This document shows, one piece after another, positions 1-9,529 of a stretch of 64,000 bases of DNA (position 1 is the first letter of the stretch; each line of letters starts with the position of its first letter). This DNA is from a virus. A program made the translations under genes and the position numbers. The stretch covers positions 1 through 64,000 of the IMG/VR virus record IMGVR_UViG_3300032893_000012; one strand, given 5' to 3'. The notes beneath the pieces are model-generated. The model saw only the letters and a list, made by a program, of their open reading frames with translations, was not told where the DNA came from and made no database searches.

Positions 1-93
1 CATTACTTGTGTAATCACAGACGTGGCGACAATGTGATTCCCAGAGTCGAACCGAAGCACCCAGCGGAACCGCCGGAGAAGGTCGAATTTCCG

Positions 94-122
94 TTGCCAT
101 TCCCGTGGCCGAGATAGATACT
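94..122 (+). promoter_or_regulatory. sigma70-like promoter for tmRNA
   Basis: TTGCCA(94-99)-N17-GATACT(117-122), 11 nt upstream of the tmRNA 5' end. Confidence 0.55.
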
Positions 123-133
123 TTTACCAACAC

Positions 134-485
134 GTGGCCGACCGGCTTCGACGTGGGAATGAAAGGATGGTCTGCGCGTCAGGAACGCCGCTCACTTCAC
201 GAGGGCAAACGTCAGTTGCGAACGACAACGCAATCGCTCCCGGCCGCATCGCGGCTTGAGCTGTTCACCGAGCAAGGAACTCGAGTAGCGCGGTGAGCAC
301 GAACCCACACGAGTCCGGACTTCGCTAGGTAGCTCGGAGCGAAGTCGGTATTAGAGCAGCGAAGAACGCTCGTCTCCCGCGCCGATGGGGCGAGCAACGG
401 CGCCGGTGACGTTCACCGGCTACGACGCGTGAACGAAGACTGTGCAGACATCTCGCGGACCGGGGTTCGATTCCCCGCGGCTACA
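134..485 (+). ncRNA. ssrA: tmRNA (SsrA)
   Basis: 5' GTGGCCG pairs with 3' CGGCTAC-A (G3.U70 Ala determinant); 5' motif GACCGGCTTCGAC; T-arm GGACCGGGGTTCGATTCCCCG; tag ORF 218-259 encodes ANDNAIAPGRIAA*. Confidence 0.93.
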
Positions 486-486
486 C

Positions 487-564
487 CGACCCTTCGGGGT
501 CGTGGTGGAGGGCATAGAAAGCCCCCAGAGACGGCTCGGTGATCCCGGGCCGTTTCGCTTTCTT
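487..564. terminator. hairpins downstream of tmRNA, probably a bidirectional terminator
   Basis: CGACCC-TTCG-GGGTCG (487-502), then ACGGCTCGG-TGATC-CCGGGCCGT followed by TTCGCTTTCTT; lies between convergent genes. Confidence 0.5.
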
Positions 565-646
565 AGCGGAGGCTCTCAAGCTCCTCACACCACCTCCCCA
601 CCGTCTCCTCCTTCTGTGCCGTAAGCACGACAATTTGCCGCTGGCG

Positions 647-997
647 TTACGCACGACATAGCTCAGCGAGCTCGAGGCACCATCGCTCCACTGTCTCTTC
701 CGTTGTCTCGTTCTTCTTCGCCCGTAGCACAACGTGCGGCACTTCCCATTCGATGCACCACGCTCGCCACGTCCTCTGATCCGCAGAAGTAGGCGTATTA
801 ACACCTTTGAGCTCTACTTCAATGTGACGACCGCCGCGGGTGATCGCATAGAGATCGCATTGCCCTTTTATACCAGCCCGGACCAACCGATCTTCGATGC
901 GAACCTTGACGATATTTCGTCTGAATAAACGCACGTTCGGCAAGCGCTCGGGAGCGGCAAGGAGGAGAGCGGCCTGAAGGGTGGACTCGAGACTCAT
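647..997 (-). CDS. VRR-NUC-like PD-(D/E)xK nuclease
   Basis: GIKGQCDLYAI...HIEVELKG motif; 116 aa. Confidence 0.75.
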   Translation of the reverse strand: MSLESTLQAALLLAAPERLPNVRLFRRNIVKVRIEDRLVRAGIKGQCDLYAITRGGRHIEVELKGVNTPTSADQRTWRAWCIEWEVPHVVLRAKKNETTEETVERWCLELAELCRA

Positions 998-1374
998 GCA
1001 GGGATCCTGACTGTAGGCACCATGGCCGCCAGAGCGCGCTCGACCATGTCGTTGGTGCCGCTCCTACCAGGGAAGGCAGCAACGAGCGTCGGCCGCCCCT
1101 CGTGCAGCATTTTGACGTTTCGGGCGAAGCCCGCCATACGGCGCCCGTAACCCCGCCACTGAGCGGGGAACGGGAGCGTCGGAACGCCGTGGTCACGCGC
1201 CCAATCGTCGGCGAGGGTGTCTGCGCCGGGCGCTGCGCCGTGGATGATGAGGGCCGGCCTCAGGAGGTACAGCACCTCGGAAACACGCCCACGGTCCGCG
1301 TAGAGCTGGCCCCCGCACACGAGAAGGCGGGAGGCGTCGACGGGGGCGGTGAGGGGCCAGGCGAACTCAGTCAA
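994..1374 (-). CDS. DUF2493 / YspA-like SLOG family protein
   Basis: LLVCGG...IIHGAAPGADTLA...AGFARNVKM...AFPGRSGTNDMV. Confidence 0.85.
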   Translation of the reverse strand: MTEFAWPLTAPVDASRLLVCGGQLYADRGRVSEVLYLLRPALIIHGAAPGADTLADDWARDHGVPTLPFPAQWRGYGRRMAGFARNVKMLHEGRPTLVAAFPGRSGTNDMVERALAAMVPTVRIPA

Positions 1375-1555
1375 GCGAGCAACTCCGAAGCGAACGAGCG
1401 TTAGCGGTGTCGCGTCGGCCAGATCTGGGATTCGCCATTGGTCTTATTACCCAGCCGCACGGAGCCGACATATCGCCTTGTACATCCCGTACCCGTTGTG
1501 ACACCAACCACCTGGATCATGCGCCAACGCTCGCTCGCTTCGAAGTTGTTCTTCT

Positions 1556-2059
1556 TCAAAATGCCTCCCGAAGCCGACGAAACAGGTCGCGTATCCCCCA
1601 CCGCGGCCGATCTTCCGACTCGATGATTCTCAGCTCGTCTGTTTCTTTCACCCCTTGAGTCAGTAGTCCTTCGACACCGTGATGGACCGCGATGTCGAGC
1701 ATGCAGCGGTGATTGAATACACCGAGCGGAGGACAGTCGTAACACAGTGGCTTGTCACGAGCTCCGGCGAACTGTACGAACACCTGAGACTTCGGAACCG
1801 TTTCGACTATCACGAACGGGTGAAGGTCGCCATCTTTGGAGATGAGGCGACGAAGTGCTTCAGTGAGCGGCGCTTCCAGCTCGGAAAGTGTTGTTGTCAT
1901 TGCAGCTTTCATAGGTAGGGCCCAGAGCATCCAGGAAACGAGGACCCGTTCCCACATACGCATCGAGAGACGGTCTCTATTGTAGACGCTCCGCACGCTA
2001 GCCAGATGAACGGAAAAGAAGTGATCAATAGCACTCTCAGGTAACAGGAGAGTCCGCAA
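1556..2059 (-). CDS. hypothetical protein
   Basis: ORF co-oriented in the leftward block; start uncertain. Confidence 0.5.
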   Translation of the reverse strand: MRTLLLPESAIDHFFSVHLASVRSVYNRDRLSMRMWERVLVSWMLWALPMKAAMTTTLSELEAPLTEALRRLISKDGDLHPFVIVETVPKSQVFVQFAGARDKPLCYDCPPLGVFNHRCMLDIAVHHGVEGLLTQGVKETDELRIIESEDRPRWGIRDLFRRLREAF

Positions 2060-2126
2060 GAACAGAATGGAGCTCTATCGTGCCGACAGTTTTTGAGGGG
2101 TGCATCAACCCAAGAAATCAACTCTT

Positions 2127-2480
2127 TCACGAATGCCTCTTTACCAACTCGATGGCTTTTCGAGTAACTGCGTCGACCTTCGCAATTGCGTTTGACACGT
2201 CGGAGAGCTGTCGATCCTTCTCTGCGCAGAGAAGAAGAAAAAGTTCGTCGACCTTCTCGGCGGCAAGAACTCTTGTTGACCGATCCGTCGCTAGTAGATC
2301 GGTCGATTCTTCCTGGATATCTACTATGAGTTTCCAGCCGCTGTTGGTTCGTCTGAACGAAAGCGATTTTTGTGGTGCAAGCTCGACGCTCACAGAGACT
2401 CCGAAGTTGAGCGCAGTCAGCGCCCCCTCGAGCTGTTCAAAGCTCTCGTTGAGTCGATCTGTCTCTTCTCCTAGATCCAT
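2127..2480 (-). CDS. hypothetical protein
   Basis: 117-aa ORF, tightly packed with neighbours. Confidence 0.6.
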   Translation of the reverse strand: MDLGEETDRLNESFEQLEGALTALNFGVSVSVELAPQKSLSFRRTNSGWKLIVDIQEESTDLLATDRSTRVLAAEKVDELFLLLCAEKDRQLSDVSNAIAKVDAVTRKAIELVKRHS

Positions 2481-2484
2481 TTTT

Positions 2485-2745
2485 TCACCTTATTCTACGC
2501 GGCGCTCTCCGACCAGGCTGACCCGGACGAGGTACCGGTACCTGCCAAACCGGTTTTCCAGCCTTCAGTTCGCCGTTTACGCTCCAAATCGAGATGCGAG
2601 CAGCGACCTTCTCCACCGCAAGAAGTCGCGCCTCTTCGTCGTTCTTGGCTGTCACGCTCACGCCGTAGATCGTGACATTGAGTTTCACGGGCACTGTGTA
2701 TTTCAAGGTTGCCTCAATTTTTCGATCGTGTAGTAAACTCACCAT
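2485..2745 (-). CDS. hypothetical protein
   Basis: tight packing in the leftward block. Confidence 0.45.
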   Translation of the reverse strand: MVSLLHDRKIEATLKYTVPVKLNVTIYGVSVTAKNDEEARLLAVEKVAARISIWSVNGELKAGKPVWQVPVPRPGQPGRRAPRRIR

Positions 2746-3019
2746 CGAAATTCATACTGTAGTGCATCGCCTCGTCGTCTGATCCCATTTCGGGGGGCGG
2801 AAGGCCATAGCTCTCCGCTAACCGGTCGATCCATTCACCGAAATCGCGTCGAGCTTTATCAGGAAGCCATACACCGTCCACTTTTACGATCGGAGTGTCG
2901 GCGACGATCTTCGCGCGCTTGATCGCCATCAGTCGGTGTTCATCTGACATAAAAATACCGGTACCCACGAATATAGCGTTCTTTGGATCATTAACATCTA
3001 TTTTCATTTTCGGTTCCAT
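2714..3019 (-). CDS. hypothetical protein
   Basis: 101-aa ORF in the leftward block. Confidence 0.55.
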   Translation of the reverse strand: MEPKMKIDVNDPKNAIFVGTGIFMSDEHRLMAIKRAKIVADTPIVKVDGVWLPDKARRDFGEWIDRLAESYGLPPPEMGSDDEAMHYSMNFDGEFTTRSKN

Positions 3020-3034
3020 TGTTCACTTTCTTGC

Positions 3035-3244
3035 TCATTTCGTCCCTACCCATCCACACATCTTGCACTGCCCCACCCGCGGCGGCCCCGTAACCAAAGC
3101 CAACGCCCGCGCAAAATCATCCCCAGTGAGCCGACAGCCGCAGCCTGGGCAGGTATTACGGACGCGGGTCTCAAGCGGGAGGGCCATGAAGATTTGGCGG
3201 TCGCGTTGGGCTTCGATGCCGGCTAGAGCATTGGTCGCCTTCAT
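3035..3244 (-). CDS. small Zn-finger-like protein
   Basis: CPGCG...CKMCG; ATGA overlap with the upstream gene. Confidence 0.55.
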   Translation of the reverse strand: MKATNALAGIEAQRDRQIFMALPLETRVRNTCPGCGCRLTGDDFARALALVTGPPRVGQCKMCGWVGTK

Positions 3245-3462
3245 TCTGGTTTTCCGGTCATCCTATGTCCGATACCAGCGCGTTTACGACTCCAGTCTTC
3301 CCAGTATCCGCACGCTGGTGTTTGCTCAGTATCGGTTCCGAGACTTGCTCCGTGACAGTAGTAGACTTGGTTAGAGCTACCAAAACAATCGCCGCCGCAA
3401 TTCGGGCAACGCCAACGCTTTCCGCCAAGTTTCGTTGGATCCCGTATCCAAGCGCTTCTCAT
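3241..3462 (-). CDS. small Zn-finger-like protein
   Basis: start MRSAWIRD at 3462 (ATGA overlap); CPNCG...YCHG...ACG. Confidence 0.5.
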   Translation of the reverse strand: MRSAWIRDPTKLGGKRWRCPNCGGDCFGSSNQVYYCHGASLGTDTEQTPACGYWEDWSRKRAGIGHRMTGKPE

Positions 3463-3716
3463 TTTTTTTCCTTGTGCGAGCAGTCCGGACAACACTTCTT
3501 CTGCTCGGGCCATAGGTGTGAGCAGTTGGGGGCGCCGCAGCCGGTGCAGGTATCTTTCTTGGCGGCTTCCCATGCACGGTTCGCCGCCCACGCGATTGCC
3601 TCGAGAACGGATCCGTCACGATGCGCGGTACGGTCGTAACTTCGCTTACACGACGTACACCAATGTCCGCCAGGAACTGGCCTACGGCAGATTGGGCAGT
3701 GATCTTTTTTAGTCAT
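3459..3716 (-). CDS. small Cys-rich protein
   Basis: several CxxC pairs; start MTKKDHC overlaps the helicase stop. Confidence 0.5.
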   Translation of the reverse strand: MTKKDHCPICRRPVPGGHWCTSCKRSYDRTAHRDGSVLEAIAWAANRAWEAAKKDTCTGCGAPNCSHLWPEQKKCCPDCSHKEKK

Positions 3717-5340
3717 CCGGCTCCTCAATCTTCGCGAGCTCCTTCTTCATCTTCTCGATCTCCCTCTGCCTCTTCCGACTCGAATTCGCCTCGTAGTTCG
3801 TCTGCCACTCCGGATCACTAGCGAAGCTCGCCTTCACCGCCTCGCTCCAGTCCCACGGCGGCCATCCTCCGTACCGTTCCTTGTACCGCGCGCCGGCGAA
3901 GCCGGGCTTGTAGCCCTTCGCGCGAGCGACCCGGACCATCGTGTCGAAAAACATCCGGCGCATCGCCTCGGGGCTCGTGTCGAGCCCTTGGAGCCGCGCT
4001 GTGGTCTCGTCCGGAATGAGCCCTTCATCGTCCGGCGGGGGCGCCTCGGTGTTGCAGTACGGGCAGATGCGCCTGTACGCCTGGATGTAGGCGAAGCAGC
4101 CCTTGCAGATGCGAACCGCGATCTTTTTCTCGATTTGGCGAGCGCTGGTCGTGAGCTCCCAGAACAGATCCTCGTGAGGGAAACCGAGGCGCGGGATATT
4201 GTTCGCGTGATCCAGGAGCATCGGGACGAGGCTCGGGTGCGCGGTGCATCCACGACGGCAGCCGGGGTGCCAGGGTCTCAAAATTCTGCCAGCGGACTGC
4301 CGCCACAGAACCATTGACTGCGTCGGGCGCGCGTGCACGACGCACTTCGCGCTCGGTATGTCCACGCCTTTCAGGAGCACGCCCACCGAGGTGATCGCGT
4401 CAAGTTCACCAGTGTCGAGAGCCGCCATGATGCGTCGCCGTTCAGTCTCAGACGTTTTTCCGTCGAGGTGCGCGATGCGAACACCGTCGGCTTCGAACCT
4501 CGTACAGATGTCGAGCGAATGCTGAATTCCAACCGCGAAGATGAACGTCCGGCGGTACGGACCCTCAACCAAACTAGGGTTCTCTTTTGATCGTGGATAC
4601 TGGTTCGCGAGCTTCCGCCAATGCTCGAGGAGGCTCCCAACGAGCGAGGCGTCGCGCATCACGTCGCCTAGAGCGGCCTCGTCGTAGTCGCCGCCAATGG
4701 TTTTGATCTGAGATAGGTCGAGTTCCGCCGGACCGCTGTAGCAGAGAGGCGCGACGATGAATCCGAGTTTGATGAGCTCCTCGTACGTGGTAACGACCTC
4801 GAGACACTCGTAGAGATTTCCGAGTGGACGTCCGTCGAAACGGGTCGGGGTGGCAGTGAAGCCGAGGATAATGGCGTGCGGGTAAGCGTCGAAGACATGT
4901 TTCCGGTAGGAGTCGCTTGCGGATAGATGAGCTTCGTCGACAAGCAGGAGTCCAGCCGGCGGCTTGTCGCGACGGGCAAGAGTCTGGATAGAACACACTT
5001 GCACTGTGGCGTGCGGGTTTGTTCGCTCGTCGTTTCCGCGGATGACGCCGACATTTGTGATGCCGACGCGAGCCAGCTCCAAAACACACTGGTCGATCAA
5101 CTCGAGCGCGTCGCATACGAAGAGCACCGGTACAGACGACGTCCGGATGATGGCCGCGATCATCGTGCCCTTGCCGGCGCCGGTTGGGGCCACGAGCAGG
5201 ATGCGTCTCTTGCCTTCGCGCACGCGGTTGCGAAGGGTCTGGATAGCCTTCTGCTGATAGGGACGGAGCTTCGGCGGAGCGGACTCGAAGAGAGCAGCGC
5301 CTGTGCTGAAGAGGGGGAGGGTGGAGGAATCGTGTTTCAT
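3709..5340 (-). CDS. SF2 DEAH-box helicase (RadD/YejH-like) with C-terminal Zn ribbon
   Basis: LRPYQ Q-motif, APTGAGKG Walker A, DEAH, TATP, QSAGRILR, CKGC...CPYC; probable start MKHDSS at 5340. Confidence 0.92.
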   Translation of the reverse strand: MKHDSSTLPLFSTGAALFESAPPKLRPYQQKAIQTLRNRVREGKRRILLVAPTGAGKGTMIAAIIRTSSVPVLFVCDALELIDQCVLELARVGITNVGVIRGNDERTNPHATVQVCSIQTLARRDKPPAGLLLVDEAHLSASDSYRKHVFDAYPHAIILGFTATPTRFDGRPLGNLYECLEVVTTYEELIKLGFIVAPLCYSGPAELDLSQIKTIGGDYDEAALGDVMRDASLVGSLLEHWRKLANQYPRSKENPSLVEGPYRRTFIFAVGIQHSLDICTRFEADGVRIAHLDGKTSETERRRIMAALDTGELDAITSVGVLLKGVDIPSAKCVVHARPTQSMVLWRQSAGRILRPWHPGCRRGCTAHPSLVPMLLDHANNIPRLGFPHEDLFWELTTSARQIEKKIAVRICKGCFAYIQAYRRICPYCNTEAPPPDDEGLIPDETTARLQGLDTSPEAMRRMFFDTMVRVARAKGYKPGFAGARYKERYGGWPPWDWSEAVKASFASDPEWQTNYEANSSRKRQREIEKMKKELAKIEEPDD

Positions 5341-5407
5341 GAATCGGGTCTCGTAAAGGTTCGACAATCGGCCGGTGCGGTCGCCTACCGTCGGCCGTCG
5401 AGCGGAG

Positions 5408-5653
5408 TCACTTCGGCACCTCCGTTTCCCCCCGCTCCACGCGGTTGGCGAGCGACTCAAGCTTGCGCCAGCTTCCCATTGCCTCAACGCTTGCCCACCG
5501 AATCGCCCGCGCCTGCATCTCGCGATCGACGTACGCCCGCTCTTCGGCGATACGACGAGCAAGCGCCTTCCGCAGTAGCTCTGGCGATAGAGTCCGCCAG
5601 CAGGCCCATTCGACGAATCGCTCCCATTCGGCGTCGAGCATTGCGCGCGTCAC
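5408..5653 (-). CDS. hypothetical protein
   Basis: GTG start overlapping the upstream stop (GTGA). Confidence 0.45.
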   Translation of the reverse strand: MTRAMLDAEWERFVEWACWRTLSPELLRKALARRIAEERAYVDREMQARAIRWASVEAMGSWRKLESLANRVERGETEVPK

Positions 5654-7560
5654 GTTTTCCCCTCCCGCTTGACGCCGTGCTCGGGGCAGTCCGGATCGAG
5701 GCACTCCCTCGGGAACGTCGCTTCGTCCCACGCCCGCTTCCATACGGCTTCCGGCGACTCCCGCCCGCGCAGGTCGGCGAGTTCGGATTCAGCCTCGATA
5801 CAGCGAGCCTTCTCGCGCTCAGCCCGCTCGTGGTGAGCCTCGCCATGCTCCCTCCAGTGGCGGACTCGTTCACGCTCGAGGCGCAACGCGGCGTCGAGTT
5901 GCCGGATGCGGGCGTTCCGGCGCTTGATGGCTGCGAGCAACGGTATCGCCGGGACCATGTCGCTCATGAGGAGCTTGTTGCATTCGTCGTCGGTGAACTC
6001 GTCGCCCGCTTCCGCCTCGCCCTCTTCGCCCTCCGGCTCGCGAATCCCTCGCACGCTGCCGACTCGCGAGAAGTCGATCGGCGCGCGGGCGGAGGGGTGG
6101 GGCTGTTCGATTGGGGGCGGGGCGGTGAGCGTAACGCCGGTCGATGCGGGCGACGCTTGTGCGATGTGCAGCTCACAGCTGCCGTCCTGATGACGCGACG
6201 GACGCCCACAGAAACACTGTGATCCGCTCGGTGCGTCCGTGACATTCGCGCCGATTTCGCTCGAAGTCTTCTCTTGCGGGAGGGTCGCGAGTGTGACGAG
6301 GAGACTCTCCGTCCGCCTTCGGATCGCGCTCGCGGTGGCGTTCCAGGATAGATCCATGTCCGGGTCGGCCTCCAGAAAGGAGATGACCGAGGCCAATTGC
6401 GCCCTCGCCGTCCGCTCGACGATGGTGGCGAGTTCGCCTTTCAGTTGCTTACGTTCCGCTTCCGCGAGCTTGGCGCGAAGAGCGTCCCGCTCCGAATGCC
6501 ATTCCGTCGTGTAAAGGTCTTGCATCTCCACGAACAGGTCGCGCCGCGCATCCGCGGAGAGCGCTGCTACAGCGTTCAAAGCAGGAGCCAGATTCGTTGT
6601 CGCGTCAGCTGGAAGCCCCGCATCGGGCGAGGCGTCGGGGGCGCGGAGGGCGGAATAAACGGCGCTCAGGTCGAGCACGCCATTCACCATGCCGGTGCCG
6701 TCGTCGGGAAACTTCGCGGCCAGTTGCCGCGTCGCCTCGACGACAGGACGATAGCGAGCCGCATCGGCGCGAGCCTCCTTCGCCATTGCCCACCTGTGGT
6801 TGCTCTCCTCTCTGGCTAGCGCGGCGTCCTTTTCCGCCCTCTCCGCACGCTGGTTGGCGGCGTCGCGCTCGGCCTTAGCGTCATTGCGCTGTTGTTCGGC
6901 AAGGTTCATGCGTCGCTCTGCCAAGTCTTTAGCGATATGTGCCTCATCGGTCGCGTCTTCCAGACGGTCGATCTGTTGGGATGCGGCATTGACAAAGTTT
7001 GCGTGGTCTTTGGCCGAGGCAGCGAGTTCAAGTTCCGCCGTTTCCTTTGCTGCGATTGCGGCGTCACGCTCTTCCTCCGCGGCAGCGAGCCTTTGGCGGA
7101 GGGAGTCGCGCTCGGCCATGAGCCTGCCGCGAGATAGCAAAATGTCCTCTCGAATCGGATGAAGCACTGTAATCAACGCGAATTTCTGCTCCGTCGTGAG
7201 CTTCGGGATTGCGGCGAGAAAGTCTTTCCACGGAACCTGCATCTGGTAGAGCCCTTCGCCGAACAGGACCACCGGCAACTCCTGCCCCGCTTCCTTCGCG
7301 GGCTCGGCCTGCGACGAAGCATCCCAGGAAGCTAATTCAGCCGCGACTCGCTGTTCCGGAGGCCCCTGCTCTTTGGACCAAGTACTCGGATGCCGACCGA
7401 GCAGACCGAGCCAGTATTGTGGCAACCCCTCGTCGAGAGAGATTAACGCATCACGGAGGTCTCCGCGCGCATTGGCCATCGCTATACCGCCATCTAGCGG
7501 TAGATCTAGTATTACGCGCGCAGCTTTAACGACAGCAGTGAACCGATCGAGTTTAGTCAT
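5650..7560 (-). CDS. large coiled-coil hypothetical protein
   Basis: 636-aa ORF with Ala/Glu/Arg heptad-like segments; ATGA overlap with the helicase. Confidence 0.7.
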   Translation of the reverse strand: MTKLDRFTAVVKAARVILDLPLDGGIAMANARGDLRDALISLDEGLPQYWLGLLGRHPSTWSKEQGPPEQRVAAELASWDASSQAEPAKEAGQELPVVLFGEGLYQMQVPWKDFLAAIPKLTTEQKFALITVLHPIREDILLSRGRLMAERDSLRQRLAAAEEERDAAIAAKETAELELAASAKDHANFVNAASQQIDRLEDATDEAHIAKDLAERRMNLAEQQRNDAKAERDAANQRAERAEKDAALAREESNHRWAMAKEARADAARYRPVVEATRQLAAKFPDDGTGMVNGVLDLSAVYSALRAPDASPDAGLPADATTNLAPALNAVAALSADARRDLFVEMQDLYTTEWHSERDALRAKLAEAERKQLKGELATIVERTARAQLASVISFLEADPDMDLSWNATASAIRRRTESLLVTLATLPQEKTSSEIGANVTDAPSGSQCFCGRPSRHQDGSCELHIAQASPASTGVTLTAPPPIEQPHPSARAPIDFSRVGSVRGIREPEGEEGEAEAGDEFTDDECNKLLMSDMVPAIPLLAAIKRRNARIRQLDAALRLERERVRHWREHGEAHHERAEREKARCIEAESELADLRGRESPEAVWKRAWDEATFPRECLDPDCPEHGVKREGKT

Positions 7561-8858
7561 GTGAGTACCGTCAATCTCTCAGAGGCTCGAGTTACCGCCG
7601 TGTACGCAAGCCTCTTCGTGTTCTCGTTGGAGTAGTCAGGTCGCCAATCCGCGACGACGACCGCGTGTTTAAATTGCGATCCTTGGCTCTTATGCACAGT
7701 CATCGCATACCCGAAATCATACAGCTTTCCAGCTCCTCCCATCGAGTGCACCTGAATCCCCGCTTTCTTCAGATCCTCGACCGACTCAAACGGTCTAGCG
7801 CGATGAAACTGATCTCGACAGATCTCTTGATCTGTTGCCGGTAGCCCCTCGTCCGGAAATTCCAGTCGAGTCTTCATGAGCCACCACTCGTCTTTGAACG
7901 GAGACGTCGCCTCTTCAGTAACGAGCCCGCGCATCCCGTTGAAAATCGGAGCGTGGTTCTTGAGCGCCACGAGCGGCTCTCCGACCTGCGGCGGCTTGCC
8001 GGCGTACCCGAGGTGCTCGCGAACGGTTTTGTTCACGTGCACCCGCGTGGCGTTACGCCAACACAGGACTGCGGCATCGAGCTTCTCGCGCGAGAGTAAC
8101 GCAGCGAGTGACGGATGCGTCATGTCTTGGGTGCTTCTGAACCGAAGCTGATCACCGTCGGCGAGCTCGCGCGCTAGGCGTCCTTCCTCGCGCAGGATGC
8201 GCGACAGTTGAATGATCGGGGAGCCTTCGGCTTGCCGGTGGATTTTTTCGAGACACAGCATCGGCCGCGTGACCAGTGAGCCATCGCCCATCACCGGCGG
8301 AAGCTGTCCGTGATCGCCGACAGCCATGATGCGAACGCCGTGGGCGTTGAGGTCTTCGACAATGGCGCCCGAAACCATGGAGGCCTCGTCGAGAACGACC
8401 AGATCGTAGTTCCGATCGAGTTCCTCGCGCTTCTTCCAGCCGAGGAGCTCCTCGGTGGTGTCGTCGATGACCGCGCGATAGAGGAGCCGGTGAATAGTGC
8501 CGCAGAACGGTTTTCGAGACTCGTCGCTGCCGCGGGAGTAAAAGAGGTGCCCCCACGGACCGGCAAGCTTGTCTTCGTCGTCTGTGCAGGCTCGGTTGGT
8601 GGTCGCAACGCCGCACGCAGTGAGCTTTCGTTGGAGGACGCTCGAGGCGCGGCCGGTGAAACAGATGTATGCGATGCGGAGATCGGTCATCTCGGAAGCA
8701 AAGAGACCAAGAAGCGTGCTCTTGCCACTTCCAGCGACCCCGCCGATCGTAAGTAGGTTGCTCGCCGGCGTTCGCACCCAGTCGAGCATCGACTCGTAGA
8801 CGCGACGCTGGTCGGGGGAGAGGTCGGAGCGTGTGAGGCGGTGATCGGAATTGGTCAT
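7557..8858 (-). CDS. Dda/RecD-like SF1B helicase
   Basis: GVAGSGKS Walker A, TIHRLLY, LDEASMV, GDHGQLPPV, HRQA, YAMTVHKSQGSQF, YTAVTRA. Confidence 0.93.
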   Translation of the reverse strand: MTNSDHRLTRSDLSPDQRRVYESMLDWVRTPASNLLTIGGVAGSGKSTLLGLFASEMTDLRIAYICFTGRASSVLQRKLTACGVATTNRACTDDEDKLAGPWGHLFYSRGSDESRKPFCGTIHRLLYRAVIDDTTEELLGWKKREELDRNYDLVVLDEASMVSGAIVEDLNAHGVRIMAVGDHGQLPPVMGDGSLVTRPMLCLEKIHRQAEGSPIIQLSRILREEGRLARELADGDQLRFRSTQDMTHPSLAALLSREKLDAAVLCWRNATRVHVNKTVREHLGYAGKPPQVGEPLVALKNHAPIFNGMRGLVTEEATSPFKDEWWLMKTRLEFPDEGLPATDQEICRDQFHRARPFESVEDLKKAGIQVHSMGGAGKLYDFGYAMTVHKSQGSQFKHAVVVADWRPDYSNENTKRLAYTAVTRASERLTVLT

Positions 8859-9070
8859 TTTCTAAATACTCGACCTGCTCGTCTCAAGGCCGACCACGGG
8901 TCTTTGTATTTGTTGCCCCAGTGCCCATACGCTCCTCCTCCGGCATATTTTGGTAATGGAATTCCAGACAGGAATGTAAGCCCGCAGATTAGGTCTTCCA
9001 GTCTGTCTTTGAAGACCCGCGGATGCAGGCGTCGGTCGGAGGGGGAGAGGTCGGAGCGCTTCACCCCCAC
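8855..9070 (-). CDS. hypothetical protein
   Basis: overlaps both neighbours; N-terminus resembles the helicase N-terminus. Confidence 0.4.
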   Translation of the reverse strand: MGVKRSDLSPSDRRLHPRVFKDRLEDLICGLTFLSGIPLPKYAGGGAYGHWGNKYKDPWSALRRAGRVFRK

Positions 9071-9333
9071 ACGTCCTTACGGTGCTCCTGGAGAGCCCTA
9101 ATGAGCCTGTCGAGGGTACCGGGACCCTTGAACCGATACACGATCGTCGCGCCGGCGATGGGGATGTGGAGGTGCACCTGAGTCGGCGGCACCGTCGGCT
9201 CCGGAGTTGGACACCACGAGAAGATATGGAATCCTTCCGGGTTCGCCTCGAAGTAGTCGATCTGGTTCTTTTCGTGTTTTCGTCCAGCCACTTGGTCACC
9301 TGTGCGCGCGGTAGGCTTCTTTGATCGTGGCAT
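9061..9333 (-). CDS. hypothetical protein
   Basis: operon packing. Confidence 0.55.
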   Translation of the reverse strand: MPRSKKPTARTGDQVAGRKHEKNQIDYFEANPEGFHIFSWCPTPEPTVPPTQVHLHIPIAGATIVYRFKGPGTLDRLIRALQEHRKDVWG

Positions 9334-9520
9334 TGACCTGATTGCGAAGAATCGCGTTTGGACATCCGTTTGCCGCCGCGATGTGAATCCCAGTCTTGAT
9401 CAAAAATCCGGCAACCGTTCCGTTGAACTCTACGGGAGTCATGTTCGCGGTCTTCCTGAGATCCTCGACAACTGCGGCGATTCGTTCATCCAATAGGTCG
9501 TTGAGTTCTTTAGTGGTCAT
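9296..9520 (-). CDS. hypothetical protein
   Basis: operon packing. Confidence 0.5.
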   Translation of the reverse strand: MTTKELNDLLDERIAAVVEDLRKTANMTPVEFNGTVAGFLIKTGIHIAAANGCPNAILRNQVNATIKEAYRAHR

Positions 9521-9529
9521 TGTTACCTG

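Noticed and set aside
455-488. Stand-alone tRNA
   Set aside because: The T-arm and acceptor half belong to the tmRNA; there is no anticodon arm.
5341-5562. N-terminal extension of the SF2 helicase
   Set aside because: It overlaps another ORF and has no motif; helicase motifs start shortly after ATG 5340.
4927-6222. 431-aa plus-strand ORF, and similar antisense ORFs at 12269-13276, 16361-17293 and 18176-19180
   Set aside because: They lie opposite well-supported genes in GC-rich DNA and show no motifs.
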